Shown: positions 1-12,146 of the stretch, piece after piece
How positions within the stretch are numbered: position 1 is the stretch's first letter
Layout: every line of letters starts with the position of its first letter
NCBI GenBank assembly: GCA_028023455.1
Contig: JAQFVV010000007.1
Location: 8,060,001-8,124,000 of the forward strand
Source of the DNA: Epiperipatus broadwayi
Taxonomy: Eukaryota > Animalia > Onychophora
DNA: 64,000 nucleotides
Direction: 5' to 3'
Program-made: the position numbers and the translations under genes
Notes under the pieces: model-generated
What the model saw: only the letters and a program-made list of their open reading frames with translations
Database searches by the model: none
What the model was told of the DNA's origin: nothing

Positions 1-634
1 TAATTGCTACCAGAAAGCAGCAGAACTAGAATAGGAGATGTACCTTTTACATTTTTATATATTTTTTTCAGTAAAAGATAAAATTCACTCTTTTAGAAAT
101 ACAGCAAATTATGTTTGGAAAAGGTGTTGTATATGATATGTAAAATAGGTATTTTAATGAAGAGTTAAGAAGGCAGAAATCATGATTTAATCCTGGTGAA
201 ACTTGAAAATTTTTTCAGTAAACGGAGATGTCCAAATGAGAATTTTATTCAAGAAGATTATCTACCACTGAGTTTGAACCATTCACTTATATGGTCAGTA
301 AAAATTCTCAGCAATCTGTCTTTTTGCAGCTAAACATATATATTTTGAATTATAACAGTAATCATATATTTTATAAATAATTATAAAAAGCTAGTCAAAT
401 TATGGCTATTTATACAATATATTGTCACCATTATAATTCATTATTTTTCTTATATATATATATAAAATCAAGTCATACATCACATGACATATTTAGCTTG
501 TATAAATGTAATATAAAGATCATGTTAATAGGTAGGTATAAACAATCTTAATTTTTTTTTTATTATTTTTTTTTTTTTACTGATAATGCAGCAAGAGAAC
601 ACATTGAAAATCTCTATCTAGACTTATCCCTATT

Positions 635-672
635 CCCAAACCTGTTTTGAGCTAATGGCTCTCATCAGTGAG
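635..672 (-). ncRNA. Hammerhead ribozyme motif, H1-related subfamily, degenerate (GAAAC to AAAAC)
   Basis: Minus strand reads CTCA-CTGATGA-GAGC-catta-GCTC-AAAAC-AG-GTT-TGGG; stem II GAGC/GCTC; flanks (about 590-740) resemble other H1 copies. Confidence 0.55.
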
Positions 673-1589
673 ATGCTAGGATATCCAGACATCAGATCCA
701 AATACAAGCTCAAGCCTAGCATTTATCTAATGCTTAACTATTAAGTACAAAATCTGAAATTTTCAGACATCCATATATCTTTAATTCTAACTCTTCTTGC
801 ATTTATCAGTAAAAAATAAAATAAAATTAAATAATAAAAATAATATAAGCTTGTTTAGAGCTATTAACATGCTCTTTATATGTATATTCCAACTTGGGGA
901 GGAAGGGATTTTCCATAACTGTAAAAGAGAAGCCACTCATGTGGGGAAAAAAGAATTATCCTGAAAAATAAAGATCACTATAACAACTAAAATAAAAGCC
1001 ATAGAGATCAATGCTGCTTACTGATGGTTCATGAATATGACAGTTAATTTTACATTAAATGGCAAATTAATAAATAAAAAGATTACAAAACAAGGCCAAA
1101 TTATAATATATTAACAGAAATCCAATTCTAATTGATTGTAGAAGGTTTCAAAACATTCAATATTTTTATAATGTAAAATTTTTATTTGCATCTTTGTGTC
1201 ATCTGAGTTTTTGTGTTTGTGGATAGTTATTATTTCCATGGCTTCCCTGCTAAAATCTAATTTAGTATATTTTAAAACAATCTAATAAAATTAAAATTCA
1301 ATTTAAAATATTTTTTCTTTGTTTTTTTTTACTAACTAATCTCATCAGTTAATTTAATCTTTCCTTTTGAATTCAATCACTATCATACTAAAAATAAATA
1401 AGTTATGATATCAAAATAATCCATAAGCAATACTGAATACTATACATGTCCACTATAGGGATTTGAAGAATGCATTCCTGTGACTATTCCAACACATACA
1501 AAAAAAATTAGACTTTTACTTAATTATAAAAATTTGTGTCATTTATAGTTCTCGTGAGGTCTTAAGAAGTTTGAGTATCAGCAGTGATA

Positions 1590-1690
1590 GAAGTAAACAT
1601 CACATGATGACAATTCCCTATGTTTACACACGCTGTTAAAACAAAGGCAAAATTCTCCATCCATGGAATCAATGAATGCAATGTGTGGAA
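1590..1690 (-). repeat. Internally deleted fragment of H1 repeat family
   Basis: catcacatga...tatgtttacacacgctgttaaaacaaaggcaaaattctccat...aatcaatgaatgca matches the H1 segments at 41260-41320 and 14312-14370. Confidence 0.55.
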
Positions 1691-1989
1691 CCTACAGTAA
1701 TTGTTATTCATATGGGGGGGGGGGACGATCGAACAATTCACGAATTTGCATATCAACTTGTGCAGGATCCAGGATAGCTAAACACATATAATTCACTAGT
1801 CATAACAGAGACAAAGTATTATATACAAGTGTTGTATATATTTGTATTATAATTGCATATAATAAATACATTTATATTCATTTCCTAGTGTTGTATGTTA
1901 TTATTAAGTAATCAGTAGTGTTATTACTGGCTCTACTACAATACAAATGCAATATTTTTTTTAATTTTAAATGTTTATAATAAGTATAC

Positions 1990-2405
1990 AAAACACACAC
2001 GTTTCCATTTAATGAATAATATTTCTATAGTGTTATTTTCACTACCCCACTTTCACACAACGTAGAAATTGTTTTTTTATTCAGTTTTAATACCTTATGC
2101 AGGAGTGTAATCATAAACTTATAACCAAAGACGTGAAAAAGATATATGATCCCTAAGATGCACATTTCGTGCTGAATCATCACGCATCAGTTGGCACAGA
2201 TCACAATATTGTCTTCAATTAGTGTTAGTTCAGTAAGAAATGTGCATCTTGGAGATCGTAGATTTTTTTCACGTTTTTGGTCATATATGTATGATCCCTC
2301 CTTCCCCAGGTGTTAAAAGCTGAGACAGACCAGTCCCTACCTTGCATGAGAGTGGCGTAATAAAAATTAAACTATAGAGATATTAGTTTGAATTACATGT
2401 GTCAA
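1990..2405. mobile_element. Hairpin-form non-autonomous element, hammerhead family H2 (Penelope pLTR/retrozyme-like)
   Basis: Arms about 1990-2200 and 2225-2405 are inverted copies (accaaagacgtgaaaaag...aagatgcacatttc vs gaaatgtgcatctt...ttttcacgtttttggt). Minus 2194-2153 reads CCAA-CTGATGC-GTGA-tgattca-GCAC-GAAA-TGTGCA-TC-TTAG. Confidence 0.7.
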
Positions 2406-2639
2406 ACTTACTACACCCACTCTTTGATACCATTCACTTCTGATAATAATTATTACTAAAAACTTTCTAAACTAGAAATTGTCTCTAACACAGATATAAA
2501 CTTTAAACCTAAATTAAAAATTAATATATTACATTTTTTTTTTTAAATTTAACTACACACACACACGTTCTTCGAATTTCTCTTTCCCATATCCTATGTT
2601 TTTTTAAATTCATATAAATAAAGATACAATAAACAAGAA

Positions 2640-2815
2640 ATGACTCCCAAAATGCATTGCGTGCTGAACCAGCACTCACTCATCAATTGCTTCAGGTCAT
2701 CATCTCTCATATATATATATTATACGAGAGCTAGTGATCTGGGCCAACTGAGAGATGGTGACCTAGGCCAACTGATGAGTGCTGGTTCACTGCGAAATAT
2801 ATCTTGGGTGGTCAT
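2640..2815. mobile_element. Second H2 hairpin with a hammerhead motif in each arm
   Basis: tgaaccagcactca...ggtcatcatctctc is inverted against gagagatggtgacc...tgagtgctggttca. Plus 2768-2807 reads CCAA-CTGATGA-GTGC-tggttca-CTGC-GAAA-TATA-TC-TTGG. Confidence 0.72.
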
Positions 2816-2939
2816 TTGTCTTTTATTGTATCTTTTATAAATTTAAAAGAATGTTTGGAAGTATTGAGGTTATTTAATATATTTATAAAAATATTTTCAT
2901 TAAGTGAATAATCTCTAATTTAATGAATGACAAATAAAT

Positions 2940-3830
2940 ACACACATTCTCAGTTCGATTGTATTACGATATATTTATTTTTGGCCAAAGGTTTTTTTAT
3001 AGTTTAAAAACTTATGAAGACGGTTCAATTATCATTATATCTGTATACACACATAACGCGTATAGAGTTTTATATGCGTGTGATAATAGGTTTAGATAAT
3101 TCCGCTTTCTTCATACAGATAATTACATGGTCTAAAGTTTATGTTAAACAAGACCCCGCTCCAAGACATTCTTTTTAAAAGACTGTATTCTCTCTTTTTT
3201 TAAAATAAAAAAATTACATTTTAAAAACGGGAAAAAAAAGGATGAGCGAATATTTTCTTCCAGTTTAATTAGGAGCTTATTCCCTAATCTTCTTATATTT
3301 TAAATTGCTTCATTTTCCCACTTATATTCTATCGACTACTTAAGACAATAAGACTTATGTTTTCTTTAATTACAGCTGAATGTGGTTCGGTATTTTTTTT
3401 TTAAAGTAAAATTTTGCGATAATTGCCTCTTTTAAAAACTAAAGAAATCAACAACAAAATAGTATAATGCACTCCCCTTCGCAGAAAATATTTACCAAAT
3501 AACTTGTCACCTCTGGTTATAAAAAATATATTTTTAATTTAAAAGTCTTAATAAAAAAAATAATCGAATGATTTATTACTCAGGGTTCATAAGTATTTCG
3601 AGCACCGTAAATACAAGAGTTGGACCAAGGCCCATAGATATTATCTCACACCTGCTATTGAAGAAAAAATAAAAACGGAATATATATCTGGATTGTAGAT
3701 GTAGTTTATGCGAAGCGAGGGGGGGGTATTGATTATTTTTTCTCTAATAATTTACAATTAAGTATTTTTATTATTACAAATAAGGAGAAATTAAAACCAC
3801 GTTTATTATTAGAACGTGTGATGTTGAAAA
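2940..3830. promoter_or_regulatory. CpG-retaining island, candidate unmethylated promoter/enhancer
   Basis: Over 20 CpG counted by eye in about 0.9 kb versus very few per kb in most of the window; no repeat family recognised. Confidence 0.45.
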
Positions 3831-4098
3831 CGGATTATGATAAATTGGATGGAATGAAAGATATTTAAAAGTAAAGACAGTGAAAAAGGTAGAGATTTAT
3901 ATCTTTATAAGGAATTGAGGGGGATATGAGTACAGGATAATGGAACTATCAAAAACAGCTTTTATTAAAATGGGTAGTAAGGTAAAAAAAAAAAATGAAC
4001 AGGGCTAAAAAAAAAAAATTGGTAATAAGGAATACGATGTAGTTGAGTATGTTTACATATTATAAATAAATTTGGAGAAAATAAATTCTTACTAACAG

Positions 4099-4187
4099 GG
4101 TGTTGGCAGAACTTGCTTCAAAAATTTCTGAATTCATTTAAGGAAAAGCCAGTTGGCACCATAACACCATGAAAGACAGTAGTTTCA
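4099..4187 (+). other. Candidate exon (5'UTR plus possible start, MKDSSF, phase 1)
   Basis: Acceptor ttcttactaacag at 4098, donor CA|GTGAGT at 4188, ATG at 4169 in acaccATG context, just downstream of the CpG island. All three frames are closed before the ATG. Confidence 0.25.
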
Positions 4188-4479
4188 GTGAGTGATTCAA
4201 GCAAATGTTCTATATAATATTAAGCAAAAAGCATTTACAAGAAACGTTATTTGTAGTTGTATATAGCTTCTTATTTATCTGTTTTCAAAACTACTGTCTA
4301 TCATAAGAGATTCTATAGTAAAGCAACATACAAATACAAGATAAATCTTAAACCATATTACAAAAGTAAATGATGTCTATAATTAATAATAATAATAAAC
4401 GGCTACTCACAAATAAGAACAATCATTAACAACACCAACAAAAGAAAGAAAAAAATGAGAGACAAAAACTATTCTAAAA

Positions 4480-5030
4480 ATGAGCTTTGCAATGAGTATA
4501 TAAACCAATCAGTGAACTACAAAACTGTCAACCTATTTTTCTGTTTGCTTAATTTTTTTAGAATGTTGTCTTAATTTCTTCAGCAAAACTTGAAATATCA
4601 TCATCTTTAATTGTCTCTCTCTCCAAAGTATTCTATTGTCTTGCCATATTTTCCCAATGAAAAAACTAAGTTTGCACTTCTTTAGAATGATTTTGAGCAG
4701 ATCCATATCATGCTGATTGAATCTACACTTCCATGAAAACCATGCTCAACTTTGCTATAAAACACTCTTTTAGAAAATCTTGGGTTTTCCATTCGTTTTA
4801 TATCCCAATCCAAGGAAGGTATGATTTTATAATAGTGGACTCTGTAGTATCACATCCAGAAAATTGAAGGACATATTGACTGGTTTTATGGTCTTGTCAT
4901 TGTACTTTTCAAATTTTACAGAGCATCCTTAAATGAAACTCTTCTAATGCTTTCATATTGAATGAATTATAGATCACTTATATAATACCTAGTCATCTAT
5001 GTAAATGACAGACATTTTTAACACAACATA
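4480..5030 (-). mobile_element. Decayed RTE (BovB-like) LINE, ORF2 C-terminal fragment
   Basis: Frameshifted minus translation ...KRMENPRFSKRVFYSKVEHG...DLLKIILKKC...WENMA... matches the RTE pattern RM..R.PK.+LY.EL..G...D.LK..LK.C...WE..A. Confidence 0.65.
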
Positions 5031-6323
5031 TTAATTCCAGTACAATAATTGATTAATTATATAAAAGAAACTCATTTTTATCATATCTGAATTTATCAAA
5101 ATAATAAATGACATTACTTTTTATAATAACATCCTATTTTGAATATACATAAAATTCACATATATACATGTGTATAAAAAAATCAGTTTATCAAATTCTA
5201 TTACAGTTTTCCTTTTTCTTTAAATAAAATAAAGAAAGTCAATTTTCTTCTTTTTTGAAATTTACCCAGCCTTTAACTAATTATGTTAATTAATTATAAC
5301 AATTTTAGAATCATCTTTAAATTAATCTAAAAAGATTTGTTTTGGTCAATAAATTCAATTATTTCATTCACTCAAAAATTTTACTTGCTTTCTTTTAAAA
5401 TATATAGATTTTTTAAATGTCATTTTAAAAAAATATTAAAAACAACTCATTGTATATACATATACATGATGTGTTTATCTGTGGTTCCTTTCAGGTATGG
5501 ATAAACAGCAACATATGTATAATTAATTCTTCAGCAAGTTGGGGTTCCCTTGGTAAGCTTAGTTTTTGGTCCACCAGGAAAGTATAGTCCAGGATTGTCA
5601 TCATCAAGAGAGGTATAATTCAGGTAATTTGTTGGAAAGCAATGAGCTCCCTTCTAGCTAGAATTTAATGGGATTCAGACCAGCAAGCTATCTTGTTCAA
5701 AAAAGATAGAAAAACAGGCATTCCTTCTGCCCAGGATCATTCCAGGCAAGCAGCTGTCTTATCCACATTTAAGCCAGCTGGTGAATACAGAAGTGGATCT
5801 GGTTTCTTGATTCAAAACTCCAGCATAGTAAATTAGTAGACTGTAGCTGAACTTATCATTTTGCCTTCTTTCATGGGAGTTCTACTGCTAGCTAACTACT
5901 TCACAAAAATATTAAGACAAGAATTAAAATAATCTTTATCAGCCCTTTTATAGCTAGCTTGCTGAAGTGATAAAAATACATTAAAGAATGTTTTCAATCT
6001 GTCTAATCTATCATTGGAAAAAGTTGATTTCAATTAACTTTAATCCTTTGAAATTTAATAATCTACAAAGATTTTTAAAAATAGATAAAAGAAATGTATA
6101 CAATCATTATTTCAAAAATAAATCATACTTGTTTTTAAATTCAAAATCAGAATAAAATGAAAATATTTATTAGACCTTTTGAAATATTTATTTTATAATG
6201 AAATTTTATTTTAAATTCAATATTATTTAAACCTTTACATTCATTACTTTATTCCATGAAATGTAGAAAATATCTACTAATTTTTTTTTGTCTGTGTTTA
6301 TTTCTACTTTTCCTTTCAACTCT

Positions 6324-6726
6324 ATAATAATAATAATAAAGTTGTGCTAAGACACATATAATGTCAAGCTGAATAAATTAACAAATTAATTATAGTCAAC
6401 AATTTAAAATGGCTAAGTGCTTTTGAGAAAGTGTATTTCTCATAATCATAGCCTGTTATGACTCTTTAATTGGATTCATTATATATGTACAATATGCAAA
6501 TTTTATGTAAATGAGTCAATTAGCCCATCTTTTGGATATAGCAAAATGTGACTCATTTGCATAAAGTTTGCATATTGTACATATATAATGATTCCAATGA
6601 GAGAGTCATAACAGGCTATGATTATGAGAAATACACTTTCTCGAAAATGCTTAGCCATTTTAATTTGTTGACTACAATTAATTTGCTAATTTATACAGCT
6701 TTACATTTTATGTGTGTTAGTACAAC

Positions 6727-6745
<19 letters not shown>
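6324..6745. mobile_element. Long hairpin (arms about 190 bp) with hammerhead-like fold in each arm
   Basis: Arms 6324-6510 and 6550-6745 are near-perfect inverted copies. Plus 6614-6656 reads GGCT-ATGATTA-T-GAGAAA-tacac-TTTCTC-GAAA-ATGC-TT-AGCC. Confidence 0.7.

Positions 6746-6783
<38 letters not shown>
6727..6783. repeat. (TTA)n microsatellite
   Basis: Uninterrupted TTA run. Confidence 0.95.
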
Positions 6784-6932
6784 GACAATACATAAAGCAT
6801 AAATCTATGATTTATTACTTTCAACTTTATAGATATATATGTGCACACACACTATATTATTGTGTGCCATATAAGAGACATGTTACAATCAGATAATCAC
6901 CCTTTCTTATGCTTGTGCATAATTGTTATTAA

Positions 6933-7697
6933 CCTTTTGAACGATGATTATATAATTGGCCGAATGAGTTAAAAATCAAAACTTGTAATTGGCCAACTCA
7001 CAACTTTAACAAAATCTATTGTTAAAATAGATCACTTTTAATAATATAAATACGTTAGTTTCGTTTGTAAAAAGTATATTACTGAATTTTCAGATTATGA
7101 AAGCAAACGAAAATCTTTTCAAAAATAAAATTTGATTTATAATTTAAAAAATATTCAATTGCGGTGAAATAAAAGTAACCGCTATTCAACCAACCAAAAA
7201 AGATTGCTGATGCAATCTTTTTTTTTTTCACTTTACGTTACGATCAATATGTAGCAATAAATAAATAATTCTTGGTAATATCTTAACTATTTTTCTAAAA
7301 TAATTTGATTTTTAGTATTATTTTATCAATAATAATTTGTAATTCAATTCAAATATTGTTTAAAATGTTGTAAACATTCGTTTATCATTTTCGTAATAAA
7401 AATCAAAACGAACGTAACTTTTTACTTTTTGGCAGCCATTACCCTTTCTGACAGAAGTGGGACAGCCAATAAGATTCAAGAAAAGTTGGTGAGGAGGCGG
7501 TGCTTTGGTTTTGTTTGACATATATGGTCATTTTTATTGATTTTTTACTTGTAAAATAACTCTGAAGAGGGCACCATCTTACAGAACTTTTGATTTTCTT
7601 TCTAATGACGTATCATATGTATACGTGGGATAAAAAGTAGCCGATTTAGAGTGATGTCAAATCTTCTCGTTTTTAGACAAGTCATGCATTATAAGAG
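6933..7697 (+). mobile_element. piggyBac-like non-autonomous element, copy 1
   Basis: Flanked by TTAA at 6929-6932 and 7698-7701; begins CCTTTT; colinear along most of its length with 8387-9119. Confidence 0.55.
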
Positions 7698-7699
7698 TT

Positions 7700-8260
7700 A
7701 ATACAGGCAAAACTCCATAGATTAGTGCCACTCAGTGCAAGCCAGACTAATCAATAGATGTCAAAAGTCTTGTGCATAAAATTCCTATCTAGTGCCTACT
7801 CATCCAATATCCTCAGACTAGTTTTTAGCTTGTAGCTTTCATCAATGAGGAGCATTGGATCTGAAAGCACTGCATCTAGATCTTAGGATCTAATGCAACC
7901 CTACATCAAACACCTTTTATCACTATATAACTACAAAACTATGAGTCTAAAATTGAAAACACAGTAATATTTTCAATCCAAGCTCACTGAGTAGCACTAC
8001 TGAATAGAGAGTTTGGCCTGTTTTAATAACAGTTATGAGGAAGCATAAGAAATGGTGATCATGTGATGTTTAGTGATTTAACACCAATCTTGCCTAATAG
8101 GATAGAAGTGGCTATGGTTATTAAAGAATCAAAGACACCAAAATGTATAGGTACTGAACTGAGTTCAGACCTATATGACTATATAAGCTAATGAGTTTGG
8201 ATTGAAAATATTATTGTTTTCAATTTAAGACTCATATTTCTGTAGTTAAATAGAGATAAA
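7700..8260. mobile_element. H1 hammerhead repeat, composite inverted insertion
   Basis: Minus arm about 7705-7985 carries a degenerate core TTGATGA-AAGC-tacaa-GCTA-AAAAC-TA-GTC. Plus arm about 7981-8260 supplies the rest of the monomer (catgtgatg...ttggattgaaaa). Confidence 0.75.
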
Positions 8261-8386
8261 CGGTGGTTTTCAAAAATGCCAGTGAAAAAGAATTTCCTGA
8301 AATTTTAATAATACTGTAATTTAAAATTTTAAAACATATTTTCATTCTTTTAATGATGTTTCAGCTAAAATTCACAACTATCTTAA

Positions 8387-9119
8387 ACTTTTAACGGGTA
8401 TTTAATTTTATTGGCCGAGTGAGGTAAAACTCTAAACTTTAATTGGTCAATTCACAAACTAACCTGTAAAAATATATTCATCTTTTAATATTATATTCAC
8501 ATTAGTTTTGTTTGTAAAAAGTATATTAATAATTTGTCAGGTTATGAAAGTGAACAAAAGTTTTTTCAAAAATAATTTTTTATTTATAATTATAAAAATA
8601 TTCGATCGTGGCAAATCTAAAACGAACGTTAGTAACCAACTAAAAAGTGTTGCTGATGTCAATGATTTCTTTCTCAATTTTACATTGCAGAAAAGTAAAT
8701 AATTGTTACTAAAATCTTAAATATTTTTCTAAAATAATTTTATTTTTATGATATTTTATCAAAATAATTAATAATATGTCAAAAAATACATTTAAAATGG
8801 TCTAAAACATTCGTTTATCACTTTCAAAATGAAAAAAAAAAAATCATAATGGTGGAAATTATTGACAAGCGGTTTTCTTTGTCCTCAATAGTTGAGAGCC
8901 AATCAATGCTTAGGATGGACTGCCTCCTCACTTTGTTAGACCTTCGACATCAGTTTTATTCATTTTTTACTTGTAAAATAATTCAAGAGAGAGCAGCATC
9001 TTATGGAACTTTTTATAACTTTTCAAATGAAGGTAAAATCTTTACCATAACATTAAAATTGAAGGAATTTAGGTAACATGAAGCCGGCTCATTTTTGATC
9101 ACAGAACTCCTTAAAAAGG
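8387..9119 (+). mobile_element. piggyBac-like non-autonomous element, copy 2
   Basis: TTAA at 8383-8386 and 9120-9123; right end ...AAAAAGG|TTAA is inverted against the CCTTTT-type left end; homologous to 6933-7697. Confidence 0.6.
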
Positions 9120-9374
9120 TTAAAAATGGAATTTCAATAAGAAATATGTCATTCACTAATTTTTATGAATAGGTAAGGGTATGATCAATACAAAAAGCCA
9201 TTGTTACTGTTATAAATTCAGTTTAGTAATTTATTTTTTCCAATTTGCAAATTTTAAATTTTATCTTTTAAAATGTGTTAGATTTTAAACTTATATTTGT
9301 AATAAATAAAAACAAAGTATGGTATGGAATAAAGAGATATTTATAAAATATTTGCTTTATCCTGTCTACCAAGA

Positions 9375-9950
9375 TTGGCAGGCTTTTTTTAATGTACAAT
9401 TTCAGGGGCATACAACTTTTTTTTTCCATTTTATTTTACCAAATATGAGTTAGTTGTTAAGTTTAAAAAAAATTAAAATTGATTATAAATACTACTCAAA
9501 AGCTTTACTGCATTTTTTTTTATAACAAGGTAATGCTGACAAGCTGCAAACATTGTCATAGTTTGTTTACATTCAGTAATCTTTATTTTTGTCACTGGAA
9601 TTTTTGACAAAATGATAAAAGTTTGGGATCTTCCTTTACTGAAATATTCACAAAGATATGAGATCCTGCCCTCCCAAAAAACATGTGATATGACACTTTA
9701 CATTTTTTTATATTTTTATTACTTTTATATTAATATGTTGAATTACTAAAAATAATAATAATAAATAAATTGGAAATTTTACAATTAATTTAAATTTTAT
9801 AAAAAAAAAATCTTTTTTTTTTAAATAATATTTTTAAAAAAATGCAAGTATTAAATACGTGTGCTACTTGTCAACCATTTTGTATTTTAACATTTATTTG
9901 AATGCCCCTGAAACTGTAAATTTTTTAAAAAAATGTCTGCTTAACAATGA
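9375..9950. mobile_element. Element with about 45-bp terminal inverted repeats enclosing a WD40-like fragment
   Basis: ggcaggc(t)n-aatgtacaatttcaggggcatacaa is inverted against ttgaatgcccctgaaactgtaaa(t)n(a)ntgtctgc. No target-site duplication identified. Confidence 0.4.
9540..9641 (+). pseudogene. WD40-repeat-like fragment (QAANIVIVCLHSVIFIFVTGIFDKMIKVWDL)
   Basis: Resembles the WD40 end motif +VTGS.DKTIKVWD; good acceptor ttacattcag at 9576 but no convincing donor. Confidence 0.35.
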
Positions 9951-12146
9951 CTAAAGTTGCAACTAGCATCTTTCAAATAAAAGTAAAGAGGATTTGGATC
10001 TGTAATGAGTTAAAATGATTCTATTGAGAAGTGACTTGTCAATTATTGTTATAGGTTGTGCATTGGAATTCATTTCTCCACAAAAAGATTGTTTTGAACA
10101 TAATATAAATCCACCCAACATTGTGACTTATTATTCATTCCCTTTCCAAATTCATATGAGAGATCATTAGACTCTATGCTAGTTTATATATTTCATAAAT
10201 ATCTCTCAGAAAAATCAAAGCATTTCATTTCATGCAAACAATAAAATGATACTTTTCTAGAGAGTGAACAAATATTATAGCATCACAAACAATTTTTCAT
10301 ATAATAAATAATAGAATGCCATATTAATACATATATAAGCAAATGTTCTTAATATTTTGTCCAACTTAATATATAGATTTGAAAGTTGCAGTTTTATATA
10401 TATGCAGAACACGTAATTACATTTTCGTTTTTTTATTTTACATTCAATAAATAAAAATTATATAAACATTAAAAGCGTAAATTTTATGGTTTCTTTGAAG
10501 TTGTAAGAGTGAAGTAATTATGTTACTTTCAATTTTTATTTATTTTGATTGAGTGAAAGTTCATTTTTTGTTTTGAATTAGTATTTTTTTTTTTTAAATT
10601 AAAGAAAGTGTTGAGATGACGGCCTTTTGTTTGCTCATTCTATTATTTACGTCGAAAATCTGAGTCATGCTTTGGTTTCTATACTTTCCCATGACTGACT
10701 GACTGAAATCATGAACTTTTAAGTGAAAAAGCATTGAACATTGAAGAAAATGTTTAGTCCGTCAAACTTTACAAATTTAAAAGTTGAGAAAATAGGAAAT
10801 TGCACCTGGTCTTTCTATAAAGTCTATTGAATTTTTAGTTTTCAATTGATATGTCATTGCTAGAACTGATTAAAAGATCCAACTTAACTTCTAAAATGTT
10901 GAGGCAAAGCACTTCTGAACTAAATTAACCCTCTTAATAACATGAGATTTAAACTGTTATTGAAAGCTATTGTAGATATTTCTCTAATATTTTTTTTTTA
11001 GATAAACATAAAACTTCTATTTCACCATTTGAAAAAAGGTAAATAATCCCTTAGATGCCCTTTAAGGGTTATCTTTATTCAGTTGATCCACGGACCAATT
11101 TCTTGCACACACATCACATGATCAACATTTATCAACGCATTTATGTTCAATGCAACAAACACATATATTAATCTTTAACTAGGTTAAAAATATATATCTT
11201 AGATAGATCGGATATAATATTTTTTGATTTAAAGAGAATGGGGGCAAAGACATGAATGCAGAAATTGTGACATGTATAGATAAAATAATAATATAATAGG
11301 AATAAAGTAATAGTAATTAAATTATATAAGTAGGAAACATATGTGTTATAATAAACATTAGACGTATAAATGTTATGAAAAGCAAATAGATGGCTGTAAC
11401 TGAGCTAATTATAAACTTAAATTAATCTTCTGCCTTCTAATATTTCACTTAATGTAAAAGATATTTAAAAGATCTGGATTATGTAGGGAAACTTCAAGGT
11501 TTATCTCAGATGATTAACAGTTTTGAAAAATGGTCTATCATAGAAAAATTTGGTTTTGTAATCTTAACTGATGTAAGAACACATAAAAACATCAACGATT
11601 TAACTTTTCAAAACTAGAATCTAATCATTATACAAAAAGAGATATCACTAGTTTGCATTAAACACTAAATTAATATAATAGCAAATCACCAAACTTTCCA
11701 GTTTAAACATGATAAGACAAAAGCAGCTCTCATCACTAGGGCCATTTAGTAATTAATAACTCCAGAAAAATTTAAAACCTTTAATCTTAATATTTAAATT
11801 TCGTTCTCAAATTGCTTTGTGGCCAGTGAAGCTTGAAATTGAAAGTAGAAAAAATGCAGACATGCAGATTAACAGGTTTAAAACTTAGGCTCCTTGAATT
11901 CAGTTTTTAGCTTGACATACAAAATAAAATTAAAAGTATTTATTGGATGTGGGCTTGTATTTCTTTTAATTTTGAATCCCAAACGTCATCAATGAATGCA
12001 AAAGTCAGAATTTCATCTGAGGATGGAAATGTACGCAGAAAGAATAAAATTTTTATATGCATTAGGCAATCATTGATTACTGAAGTTTACACTAGATGGC
12101 ACTAGGGAGAAAAACTGCTCTTCTTATCTCTAAGTATTGTATTATA

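Noticed and set aside
1-35. NCYQKAAELE, TPR-like
   Set aside because: Too short, ends in a stop, truncated by the window edge.
6548-6802. 84-aa ORF with poly-Leu
   Set aside because: Produced by the (TTA)n microsatellite and a hairpin arm.
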